A stretch of 64,000 bases of DNA from Octopus vulgaris (Eukaryota). Position 1 is the stretch's first letter; each line of letters starts with the position of its first letter. The stretch spans positions 51,832,001 to 51,896,000 of the forward strand of contig OX597826.1 in assembly GCA_951406725.2 (NCBI GenBank), given 5' to 3'. Made by a program: the position numbers and the translations under genes. Below the pieces are notes generated by a model. That model was given only the letters and a program-made list of their open reading frames with translations, was not told where the DNA came from and searched no databases. This document shows, one piece after another, positions 14,061 through 26,394 of the stretch.

Positions 14061-15194
14061 ATTTTCAGTTTTCCCATTATCTTTTAGTCTAAGGAAACAA
14101 TGTCTAATCTGAAATAATACTTAATACGGTATGAAAATATTACTTTAAAATTGAAAATATTTCAAAGAAATATTTTTATTCCATTATATAATTACTAATG
14201 CATGTAGCCTACAGAAAGTAACCAGCGAAGGAGATTCCATTCTTTTCCAAATATAAGAATACTAGTGTGACTCGCAAGTGAAACGATCCAATATGGAATA
14301 CGAGCATTCATCGTAGATATTACTTGGTTGGAATTTAAATACATTTATATAGTGTTCATGAATGACTCGTTCTTTATAGAATTAAAAGAATTATTCCCTT
14401 TAGTTGCTAAATCATTTATGCTGCGAAGTCTACACATGAATTATAAATGTTGAAAAATAAACAGAGCCAAAGAAAAGGTTTATTACAAAATTACATTAGG
14501 TGACATAAAGTCACGTGTCGACTTATCGCAGTATGTATTTTAGTCCGGACATTTCACATTAAAGCATTTGACATAAAGCTTTTCAAAGTTATATGTAAAA
14601 TGTAAATTAAAAAGATACAATTTGGAATATGATGGATTTGATTCGTTAAATGTAAAAGGTGCAATTAATTATCAGATGAACAAAAATCTCTATTTGCGAT
14701 CTAATTAAATGGTACAATTTAGAAAAAAAGAACACTTTTAATGTAAAAATTATATTTTCTTTCTGAAATTTTCAACAACATACTGTACGGAAAAGATCAT
14801 TCAGAATTTTTCAATATTAATATTCTTTGCATGTTCAATTAACAACATTTAAGAAAATTCATTATTTCTTTGATTATTAGATTATTAATAAACAAGGAAA
14901 TGCGAAGGGATGGGCAAATTTAACATCAATTAAATAGACGTTTTTATTAAAAGAATAGTCACTACGGATAACAGTTGGAATGCTTGAATGTAATATAGTT
15001 TAGCAAGTACACACATGAGCGATTCAACATGCACATGCATAGATGAAGGAGCGTTTAGTTTGGCACTAATTACCTGCAAGCCATTAAACATAATTTCTAA
15101 TGGATTTAATTCATGAACTTCGTGCATGTTTTTTTACAAACTTGCAAACAGAATTCTGCACACCCACATGTATACGTATCATACATACATACAT

Positions 15195-15241
<47 letters not shown>

Positions 15242-15252
15242 TAGATAGATGT

Positions 15253-15299
<47 letters not shown>

Positions 15300-15920
15300 C
15301 GCACACACACATATATTTACTAGTGTGCGTGTGTTTGTGTGTCCCTTGCCAACATAGTGTGGCTATCCTGAATAGGATATTGTTACTGTTGTCTAGCCCC
15401 AGGAAACATCGTTTCCAGCTGGTTATACGACACAATATCTATGTCCTGATATTTTCCAACAGCATCTTCATCGAGCACAAAGCAATATCTGTGGACCGAT
15501 TTTGGGGTTATGGCCCTTTATCATCACAGTGTAGCTGCTTGGCTAGGTGGCGATGCTGCTTAGATTAGTGCTTCTTACAAGAGAGGAAAACGCACCTGGA
15601 CCAATGGATTGCTTCAAATAGAATATACTTTGAAATAGAAAGTATTTTGAAGGCGTTAAATGTGTAGACATGTCAGACTAAGTGAATAAAATAAAATGAC
15701 AAAATTCAGTTTGTAGTAAAGACTCTGTCTTGTTTCATTATTTCTAAAAAGGTTTCATATTATCTATATAGAGTAAATGGTTAAATTTTCCTTTACTATC
15801 TTCAAACTGATACTGCACCTTTTGTCTTTTTTAATACTAAACTGAGGTGAATTAAGCATAACACAAATATTAAAGTGGATAACGAGTCTCCTTGGAACAC
15901 TTCTGTCTTACCTTTCTCTA

Positions 15921-16001
15921 AGGCTGCGAGCAGTCAGAATAGTTAGCACACCGGGCGAAAGCTTAGCGGCATGTCATCCATCGCTACGCCTTGAGTTCAA
16001 A
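15921..16001 (+). mobile_element. SINE family A head fragment
   Basis: AGGCTGCGAGC...GTTAGCACACCGGGCGAAAGCTTAGCGGC...GAGTTCAAA. Confidence 0.65.
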
Positions 16002-17017
16002 GTACCAGTCACGGAGTGAATGGCTGATGAGTCGACCGACGCAATTAACATAAAATAAGTGAGATTATTTGAATGCAGGTGCTTCCTTTTTGTGACTGAA
16101 AATTAGACATGATGACAGAAGGAGAATGTGAACCGTATTCTTGGAACATAATGGTACCTCAGTATGATGCGGTTCTCTTTAGTAAAACAGGACAGCTTTT
16201 AAAATATTTGGTTGAGGATGAAGCTCATGCGCCGTGTTAAATTAATGCTTTTAATATATTTTTGTGGTGTGTATGTTCATTCAGTTCATTATTTTAAAAC
16301 GGCGCACGAACTTTTTTCCTCAGCCTAATATTTCTGAACTCTTACTTTCTGAGTTTCAAATTTCACTGTTATAAATTGTAAATACCATAGCTATTTTGGA
16401 AAGTGGACATTCTCGGATGTTTCCTCACTTCCTTGAAAATATGTTAAGACATGTAACCTTTTAAGTTCTATCTCCAGTACTATATACTAACAAGGATGTG
16501 GATGCAGAACTGCTCAAACAAGAATATAGCTTCCAGGTAGTAAAAGCCAATTTATAGAACTTTTAGACAAGACGTATTTAGTTACGGTAAGAAAGTCTAC
16601 GGTTAAGTAAAGAAAACAATTGGCTAAATGTGTGAGATGTCACACTTCAGTGTTGTGTTTCACTCTAAATCCCAAAACAACAGGAAAACGACAATATCTT
16701 AAGTATAAATATAGTAACACTTAGATACAATTGCGTGACACATTAAGTGTATGTATTAAATTTTGTTTTACTCATGATTAGTAGCAAGAAAGCTTTACTA
16801 TATTTAGTTGTTTAATGAACATCGATGTTCTTTTTTAGATTTACCATCCATTTAGGATAAGAAAATTAAGTTTTCTTGAAAACTACTTATTACGTGAAGA
16901 CGGATATATGCATTCATAGAAGCCAAGATAACTATACAATGCAGTTGATGTGATTCTGTAAGTGTGTTTTTATGTACGTGTGGATGTGTGGGTGTGAGAG
17001 TATATATATACGTATAT

Positions 17018-17064
<47 letters not shown>

Positions 17065-17622
17065 CATATGTATTAATGTAAATAAATAGGTTTTTAACAC
17101 ATACCCATATGTGTATATATATATGTATATATATATTAATAAAACAAGAAGTTTGAAAACGCCACTATATAAGATAAATTTTGATTTTCTTAGAAATTTT
17201 ACATGTTTCGGTTCTTCTGTATGTATATATATATATATATATATGCATGTACATGCCTCTACACTGTACGTACATGTAGGCATACATAGATACACGTGTA
17301 CATATTTATTTATGAATGTATATATTAACAGAGATAGTAGTTATATATTTAGAATCGATATATGAAAATCATGGTATGATTTATTGAATTTTAATATTTG
17401 ACATTTATTTCAATTTGACGTCTTTTTTTTTAAGTGAGTGTATTTTCAACATCATTCTAACTCATGAATATTACGTACTTGAGGACAACGCCAGAGCATA
17501 ACCACATACAGTTTTTTTATGTGCCAGAATTGAATAAGTTATTTATTTAAGTATCTATCGACAAATGTACCATGTTTTTCTGCCAACCTGCTTGTCCGTC
17601 TCTCTTCCCTTCTCACTCTGTC

Positions 17623-17653
<31 letters not shown>

Positions 17654-17673
17654 TTCTCCCTCTCTCACTCTAA

Positions 17674-18075
17674 CTGTGTAGTGAGAAGTTTACATCCCAA
17701 CCACACAGTTCCGTGTTCAGTCCCACTGCATGAGTACGTAGACAAGTGTATCCTACTATAACATGGGGCTGGCCAAACCATGTGCGAGGATTTGTCAAGC
17801 CTGTCGCATATACATATGTGTGTGTGTGTGTGTGTGTGTGTGTACGGTTGTGTATGAGTGTGTTTGCATGGTTGTCTTTGAGTCTATATTTCTTCCCTTG
17901 TGCGCTTGGGAAACGGTGTGTGTGTGTTTAAATCTTTGTAACCTAGCGATCCAGCAGAAATGGCGAATAGAATAAGTACAAGGCTTAAAAGAATAAGTAA
18001 TGCAGCCTGTTCATTCAACTAAAATTCTTGAAGTTGATAACCCAGGATGGCCGCAGTCCAATGTCTGAAACAAGG
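17674..18075 (+). mobile_element. SINE family B (diverged)
   Basis: CCCAACCACACAGTTCCGTGTTCAGTCCCACTGC head; GATGGCCGCAGTCCAATGTCTGAAACAAG end. Confidence 0.75.
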
Positions 18076-18101
18076 AATATAATTATGTATGTATGTATGT
18101 A

Positions 18102-18364
18102 GTGGAGGCGCGTGGCTTAGAGGTTAGGGTGTCAACATCATGATCGCAAAATTGTGGTTTCGATTCCTGCACCGGGCGACGCGTTGTGTTCTTGGGCAAA
18201 ACACTTCATTTCAAGTTGCTCCAGTCCACTCAGCTGGCAAAAATGAGTAACGTTGCGATGGACTGGCGTCCCGTCCAGCTGGGGAACACATACGCCATTT
18301 AAACCGGGAAACCGGGCCCGTGAACCTGGCTAGGCTTTAAAAGGGCGCGTTTATTTTTATTTTT
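18102..18364 (+). mobile_element. tRNA-derived SINE with a V-SINE-like central motif, inserted in (TATG)n
   Basis: A box TGGCTTAGAGGTTAGG and B box GGTTTCGATTCC. The central GCGATGGACTGGCGTCCCGTCCAG resembles the V-domain as I recall it. (TATG)n flanks both sides. Confidence 0.8.
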
Positions 18365-18641
18365 GTATGTATGTATGTATGTATATATATATGTATGTAT
18401 ATATGCATGTATGTATGTATGTATGTATGTATGTATGTATGTATGTATGCATGTATATATGTATGTATGTATGTATGCATGTATGTATGTATGTTTGTCT
18501 GTATGTATGTATGAATGAATGAATGAATGTATGTATATGTCTGTATGTCTGTTTGTCTGTCTGTATGTATGTATGAATGAATGAATAAATGAATGTATGT
18601 ATGTATGTATGTATGTATGTATGTATGTATGTATGTATGTA
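18365..18641. repeat. (TATG)n/(GAAT)n/(TCTG)n compound microsatellite
   Basis: Seen directly. Confidence 0.95.
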
Positions 18642-19130
18642 TAGTAAGATGCCTGGATCAATGGATAGATAGATAAATACGCATACATAAGATGCACGCA
18701 TATAAATACCCATTCTATAGGTTTAAATAAATGGATATTCAAATCTGGAGGTAGCAGTAGCATTAATATATCATGCTGAAGTAACCATAGTTATTTTTTG
18801 GCTGCATTAATTCAATGCATTAGCGTGTAATTCGCTCTGTAGCTGGAAAGCATGTTTCCTTAAATAGATGCTTTTTGACCACTTCACTTGTAATATGGAT
18901 CATGGTATTTAGAAATAAGGCTACTTTCACATCTTAGGATTATACCAGAGATTAAGGAAATATTCGGATGTTTTCAGTTCAGTTATGAAACAGCGTTCAG
19001 GAAATTTGGAAATTCCGTGCATTCGTTCACTTAAATTTTAACTTTACTATTATTGTAAACCATAGTAATTCAATTTAATTACTCAATGTAAATTCATATA
19101 CGCTAGCGTTCAAATTAAACTATTACATAT

Positions 19131-19585
19131 GGCGCAAGAGTGGTTGTGTGGTAAGAAGCTTGCTTCCCAACCACATAGTTCTGGGTTCAGTCCCACTGAG
19201 TGGCACCTCGGGCAAGCGTCTTCTACTATAGCTTCGGGCCAGCCCAAAACTTGTGAGTGGATTTGGTAGACGGAAACTGAAAGAATCCCCATCGAATATA
19301 TATATATATATATATATATGCGTGTGTGTATGTATGTATGTATATATGTATGTATGTATGTAAGCATGTATATATGTATTTGTGTGTCTGTGTTTGTGGC
19401 TCCACCATCGTTTGACAACCGATGTTGGTCTATTAACGGTCCTATCATCTAGCGGTTCGGCAAAGAGACCGATAGAATAATTACTAGGCTTATAATGAAT
19501 AAGTCCTGGGGTCAATTTATTCGACTGAAAGTGTTCCAGCATGGCCGCAGTGAAATAACTGAAACAAGTAAAAGAACAAAAGAAT
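19131..19585 (+). mobile_element. SINE family B, near full length (tRNA head, CORE-like block, internal microsatellite)
   Basis: GGCGCAAGAGTGGTTGTGTGGTAAG (A box), GGGTTCAGTCCC (B box-like), GGCACCTCGGGCAAGCGTCTTCTACTATAGCTTCGG, internal (TA)n, and a GAAACAAGTAAAAGA tail. Confidence 0.9.
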
Positions 19586-20773
19586 ATTTTTGAACATTAT
19601 ATTGTAATCTGGATATAAAAATATTTTCATAATTTATTTAAATTTTAAATATTATCATTATTATTATCATCTTTATTTAGCTCGAAAATTTGTTATTCCC
19701 ATTTCCGTTAAGTTCATATCCAGGCCTCAAATAATTTTTCCCGTCTTTATTCTCGGCTCATAAAATAATGTATCGCCTAAGGATTGGATCAATTTACTGG
19801 TGAATATGCCTCCCACGAAATACATGGTTCTCTGCTTATGCTACGACTTATAATATTTACGTTTATTACGTGTCTTTATGTTCTGAATTCAAATATGGAA
19901 ACGTTAGCTTTGGCTTTCTCATATCGTCGTGAAAATAAATCATTAGTTAAGGGAACGGAGCCCATTAACCAACTATTCTCTTCTCCCAAAATTTTGGCTT
20001 GGTATCTGAATCATATAATATGGTATTTTAGGTGGATGATAGTCTCCGATAGAGAAGAAAATTTATGCAAGAATTTTGCGATCTAGTTTACTGGCAAATC
20101 TTTCACTGGTTGTACAAAGATTTACAGAAAGGTTTCAGAACATGTATTTCTTTCTTTTGTACAAGTATGTTTTGTACAGAGAGAAACTCAGCATTTACTT
20201 ACAGACTCATGGAATTTTCAGTGTATGACTACCAAGAAACATTTACTGCACATGTTTATAATGTATCAAATGATATTCACGTACATCCAAGTAAATTTTA
20301 ATAAAGGATTATTATTTAGACTAAAATAAGTACTATAATCTATAACATTAATTATATTGCAATCTTCGGTGTATTTATTACTAGTCGTCAAGATTTACAA
20401 TCAAAACAACCAATATGTAGCTAGTTTGTCAAATCATTTATAATCAACACTAAATTCGGAATTTCACTTCATCTCTTTTAAAAGCAAAACAATTCTGAAA
20501 AAAAAAGTTTGAATTAAAATTTACTATAAGGCTACATCCACCCATTTACTATATTATTTGAACAATACGTCTTCTAGCAGGTTGGTATTGATGTTAACCC
20601 AACATCATTTCTGATAGTGCAATTCTAAAATCAAGGGTGTTCCGTGAACAGTTTCTCTTTTATGTTTCAGAATTAGGACTACATTGTATAATATATCCTT
20701 TATTTTGTGAGGAAATATGATGTTATTTGATGACGACTTACATTGTATTTATAAAAGTTTGTGTGACCACATC

Positions 20774-21976
20774 ACTTAAATAAGAATTGTTTATATAAAT
20801 ACAGAAGTATAGGAAGGATTCAGTCGATTGAATCTATGCTAATATGTGACTGTTGGTTACTTTATTGAGGGAGAAATTTTAAGTACTGGTGAGACAAATT
20901 GTATGGTAGGATTTATTAGTTTCCTTCAGATTGAGGAAAAGTTAAATAAAATTTGCCTGAAGCGAAAGCATTTAGATTGTGGCGTGTCTGCGCTAAGAGC
21001 TGTTTTTTTCTTTTCAGATTGATTATGGAAATGACTTTGCGACTTAACTAATCTTTGGGCTTTGTGAAATATACGACTGATTTGAGAATCATATATTTAA
21101 TAGTTACACATGCATTAGAGAATTAAATTCTAAGGAGACTGATGAATAACTTTTCCGAATATATTTCGCCTTGTGTGATAACCATGGGCATATGACTTCC
21201 ACAGAATAGGTTGTTATTACAGTAATTATTTAATTACTTTATTATACAAGAACAAATTATCTGGTAGTTTTCTTCCTGTTCATTGTCACTTTCAATCGAT
21301 GCACTGCTTAAGAGAAAAAAATCTACAAAATACGTTTCCACATAACAGTATTTTAATTTAATTTAATTAGTGTTAGATAAAGTGGAAGGCCCTAATTACG
21401 TGTTCGATTTATCTTTGAAGCGCAAATGAAGTATTTGAATTGCGGGCATTATGACATTATTAACAAGTGTTTTGTTAATGTAATGGCGTACTTAACGCAT
21501 TTTTTACGCTTCTCAGACTTTACATAAATGGTTGCCGTTATTTTACTCAAAACATCACCTGTATTAACCAGGAGGCTTCTCTGGAAGTCTTTTCATAAAT
21601 ATCTTCCCTATTCGTGTTGCATTTTTTCCTTGTCTTCCTAAAAACATTTGAAATATTGAAGGAAGAAAAATAAATGAAATGCTTTTATTTCTTGTTTGTG
21701 AAAATGAAAACAGGAAATAAAATTGAATTTGCCGATTGAATTACGATTCAAGTCGTACTGAAGTTTCGTGAAGAGAATAAAAATATTTTAATGACATTTT
21801 TATTGTGCATAGACAAAATGGCGTATAAAAACACTACATTACTTAAATAAGAATTGATTATATAGATACAGAAGTATAGGAAGGATTCAGTCGATTGAAT
21901 CGATGCTAATATGTGACTGTTAGTTACTTTATTGAGGGAGAAATTTTAAGTACTGGTGAGACAAATTGTATGGTAG
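20774..21976. repeat. 136-bp direct repeat pair (20774-20909 and 21841-21976)
   Basis: Aligned by eye, about 4 mismatches. Confidence 0.9.
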
Positions 21977-24170
21977 AATAAATGGGGAATAAAAACTGTA
22001 AAGTGGTAGCACCTAAACAATATGGCTATATTTCATTGCAACACGTTTAAAATTTTCTTATAGCTTCCTACTTTCGAAATTACAATATTTTGTTGCGGCA
22101 TATACATTCTAAGATCAAATCGCGTCTTTGTCGATTTGCCTTTTCTTCCTTCGAGGATGAATAAAGAAAAGAACCTTTCAAGCAGGGGATATTTAATCTC
22201 CTCTACCCATTCCTCAAATTTGAGGTCTTCTGCCTGTTTTACAAACATGTACTTGTGGTGTAAGCAGTAATGTCGTCTGAACCTTCATTCCAAATTTTAT
22301 GTGGCACGAGGTGGGGTACATATGAATCGATCCTCATAAGTTGTGGCATTTCAATTCCAGCTTTTAAACATTTCACATAATATTCATCTCTGACAGTCTT
22401 GAGAAAAACATGACTATTCTGCCGCTGGACTTTGAGTTCGAGCAAAAATACGTTAGAGCTTATATTTGATGATTCAATATTGTACATTAAGAAGTTATTA
22501 AAAATTATTGTATCAAAATTATTGTTATTAAAAATTATTGTATCAAAGCTATTAGCGTGCGTTTTGCTTTAATTCCCTATCAATAAATTAATTACCAGTA
22601 AGACATTGATGAACAGTCATTTGATTATATAATTCCCATAGAAATGTTATCTTATTAACATACAAATACAAATATTAGCAGCTAAAGAATGGCTGGCTAT
22701 AAAAAGCAAACCTCAGTTCCTTGTAATTATTTTTAATCTGTACAAGCGAAATGAAAATCTGCAATTGTGCTCATATGTAATTGCGCATTTTTAACGCTTA
22801 AATTTAAATGATGTTTACGTTAGTAAATCGACTTTTGTCGTTTGTGCCATCCATTATTTTAATATCTATTTATAAGTATAACCCTTGGATACTTATAGCT
22901 AATTTCTTTCATCGAATGCATAACTGCATAAGTTACTTATATTTGGCACATTTAAACATGAGACAAACGATTTATTTACGAAAGACATGTTCTATGGTAA
23001 TTTTGGTCTTAACACTAATTTAACAAAACTAAGATTTATAAAGGATGATCACACAACTGTAGACAGGAGAATGATTTATTAAGAGAATATTAATAGTTCG
23101 ACTATTTAGACTGCAGCAAACCTGGCTGATACAACCGAGCGATGGACGAAGTTTATATTCTGATACTTAATTAGGTCCTTCACTGTGTAGTTGAATTTGT
23201 CTTTCGTTAGAGTATAAATAAAATCGATAAAATGAAAGTAAAATATTAGTTGTAACTGATAGACTGCATCATCTTATCAGATAAAACTTGTTTTGTACAT
23301 AAGCAAGAAATCAATACTAGAGAAATTGTTTTCTCTAAATATCATTCGTTAGAAGCTAATATGATGTATATTAAACGAGACATGTTTAAACCACTAAGCT
23401 TTCATAAGCTATCATAATATATATAGAGACAAGTGATATAGACGCATACCAACTGTTTATTTCTTATAAAGATTTAAGCGTCAAGTTATATAAATAATAA
23501 CAAATTCTGACGACGTTCTTGCTTTAAACGTATACTGGTGTTGGGTTTCAGTCAATGATGGTGAAGTGACTAGATTCCAGCAAGGTAGCTGGGCCACATT
23601 TCGGATCTGCCCCGAAGTCAACAGTGATAACATGTTAACTAATTCGTATATTGCATATATGAAATCCTTATATATGCATGTACTAACATAATTTTAATTA
23701 CATGTAGCTTGTGGTTATTTTGGCGGATGCCTGTTTTATTTCATTTAGTTTTGTGCATGCGCCATACACCAAAATGTAATCTTTTGCCACCTGTTTCAAT
23801 ATCGCCGTTTTGAATTACAATTTCAAGTTACTTTGGAACTAACAGCATGGGATCACGAAACTATATACACACTAACGCTATATAATCTCTCATTATATAT
23901 CAATTGTATTATAGCTGTATGGACGATAACATCTGGGGCAGATTACATAATATTGTACTGAAAAGGAAAGTTTGCTATTGTAAAATTAATGGTGTCTCTC
24001 TAAAACAAACTTCAAGTGAACTTGTGTTGAATGGAAATGAATCTTGAGTAACCTTTTGGACAACTGAGAATTCATCTCGATGTACAGTACCTCTTATTTA
24101 TTAGGTCGCGATGATAATTATTTTAGTCAAGCAGTGTGTTGCAATGTATTTCAATATTAAAAAGATGCTA

Positions 24171-24389
24171 GGAGGTGAGCTGACAGAATCGTTAGCACTC
24201 CGGGTGGGATGCTTAGCGGCATTTCGCCCGTCTTTATGTTCTGAGTTCAATTCCCGCCGAGGTTAACTTAGCATTTCATGCTTTTGGAGTCGATATAACA
24301 AATACACATCCAGCACTGGGATTGATGTAATCGACTTAACCCCTCCCCCGAAATTACTGGGCTTGTGCCAAAATGGGAAATCAATATTA
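24171..24389 (+). mobile_element. SINE family A (single unit)
   Basis: GGAGGTGAGCTGACAGAATCGTTAGCAC...GTTCTGAGTTCAATTCCCGCCGAGG...GATGTAATCGACTTAACCC. Confidence 0.82.
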
Positions 24390-24704
24390 GGACAGTTTAT
24401 AGCAGACTTGGGCAAACTTATTTGCCGTATAACTTTGGTTCCTTTACTTTCTGGTTTGTTATTCTGTTGACATTTTTCATGACATGTTTTCATGTACCCC
24501 AGTTAATTCATTTAGCTGCCACATCTATCAAGTTTGTGATATGTTGTGTCCGTATTATACATCAATACATATTAATATAGTATTATCCCTGTCTTTCCAA
24601 AAGATTTGTAAGGAATGCAAATTGAGCTTGCTTCAATAGAAATTCTTAGTAATTGATGTAGTGCTTGAAGGCACTGCACTCCCACATGCTATACATGAAA
24701 TTAT

Positions 24705-24739
<35 letters not shown>

Positions 24740-24820
24740 AATTAGTCAATAAAAGTTATACGACTGAAGAAGTGACAGTTTACGATATATATATAGACTA
24801 CAGCAAGAGAGTGCATATAA

Positions 24821-25387
24821 AGGGGGCGAGCTGGCAGCGTCGTTAGCACGCCGGGCGAAATGCTTAGCGGTATTTCGTCTGCGTTACGTTGTGTGTTCAA
24901 ATTCCGCCCAGGTCGACTTTGCTTTTCATCCTTTCGGGGTCGATAAATTAAGTATCAGTTACGCACTGGGGTCGATGTAATCGACTTAATACCTTTGTAT
25001 GTCCTTGTTCGTCCCCTCTGTGTTTAGCCCCTTGTGGGTAATAAAGAAATAGGTATTTCGTCTGTCGCTACGTTCTGAGTTCAAATTCCGCCTAGGTCGA
25101 CTTTGCCTTTCATCCTTTCGGGGTCGATTAAATAAGTACCAGTTACGCACTGGGGTCGATGTAATCGACTTAATCCGTTTGTCTATCCTTGTTTATCTCC
25201 TCTGTGTTTAGCCCCTTGTGGGTATTAAAGAAATGTGTATTTCATCTGTCATTACGTTTTGAGTTCAAATTCCGCCGAGGTCGACTTTACTTTTCATACT
25301 TTCGGGATTGATAAATTAAGTACCAGTTGCGCACTAAGGTCGATATAATCGACTAGCGCCTCCCCCAATATTTCGCGGCTTGAGCCT
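24821..25387 (+). mobile_element. SINE family A, full length with three tandem body units and a 13-bp TSD
   Basis: Head GGCGAGCTGGCAG..CGTTAGCACGCCGGGCGAAATGCTTAGCGG. The body unit GTATTTCGTCTG...TCAAATTCCGCC.AGGTCGACTTT...GTCGAT occurs 3 times. AGAGTGCATATAA lies at 24808-24820 and 25388-25400. Confidence 0.92.
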
Positions 25388-26216
25388 AGAGTGCATATAA
25401 GATAAGTTTGTCTCTAGAAAATCTAAACGTGGAGTATGCGACTATTCAGCTTTAATTTGCTGCAATAAATTTATCTATAAAAGAATTCTTTCGAAACAGG
25501 CTTACACTGAGGAAGGGTAAAACAATGACTTTCGAGTATTAAGAAAATCTGATTGTCTTTTGTCCACAGATTTTTTTCTCTCTCTTTCAAGTATTCCCAA
25601 CTAGCCGTTGATAGAAATGATAACAACATTCTGTTAGCTTAAATGACCTGAAACAAATATTGCTTGCATCTGTTTAGCTAAGCGATGAGCACACACACAA
25701 TACATACACACAACGGACAAATACACTTGAAGAGACACACACATGTATAATGCGTAGGTGTAACGTGAGCAACATGTTTAAACTGTAGGCTGTACGTCAG
25801 TACAGATGTGTGAGTGTATGTGACAAAATTATATAACATAACGATAATAGAAAAAAAATAATAATACAAATAATTTACGTCTGGAATATTTGCTGCTGCT
25901 CTACGTTTTATTCCTTGACGTTAACTGTAAGCTTTTTCGACTTTAAAACATTTCATCAGTTAAGCTATATAGGCCTGTGTATTTGACCTTCAATTTATAG
26001 GAGATAACAAAATAGATATTCGTCTGGTAAAGCTATATGAAACCGAAAGCGCTGAAGGTCAACGAATAAGCAATAAATAATGAGCTAACAGCAAGGTTTT
26101 TACTGAACACTCATCTTCAATGCTGTCTCTTTTGGTGTTTTGTTATTTAATACTTATCATGCAGACATAGCTGCACCGCAATATTTCCCAGTATACATAC
26201 AGAAACACATATATAA

Positions 26217-26305
<89 letters not shown>
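26217..26305. repeat. (TA)n microsatellite
   Basis: Seen directly. Confidence 0.95.
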
Positions 26306-26308
<3 letters not shown>

Positions 26309-26394
26309 AAAGACAAATTAGAGTGAAAAACTACAGAAGGCTTGTGTTTATGGTTAGAAAAAATATTTAAATCGTTATGTTAGAAAGATGTTAG

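Noticed and set aside
22239-22487. 82-aa minus-strand ORF with protein-like composition
   Set aside because: No recognisable motif and no convincing splice sites. A BLASTX search would settle it.
24860-25350. CRISPR-like regularly spaced repeats
   Set aside because: These are tandem SINE body units with no unique spacers, in eukaryotic DNA.
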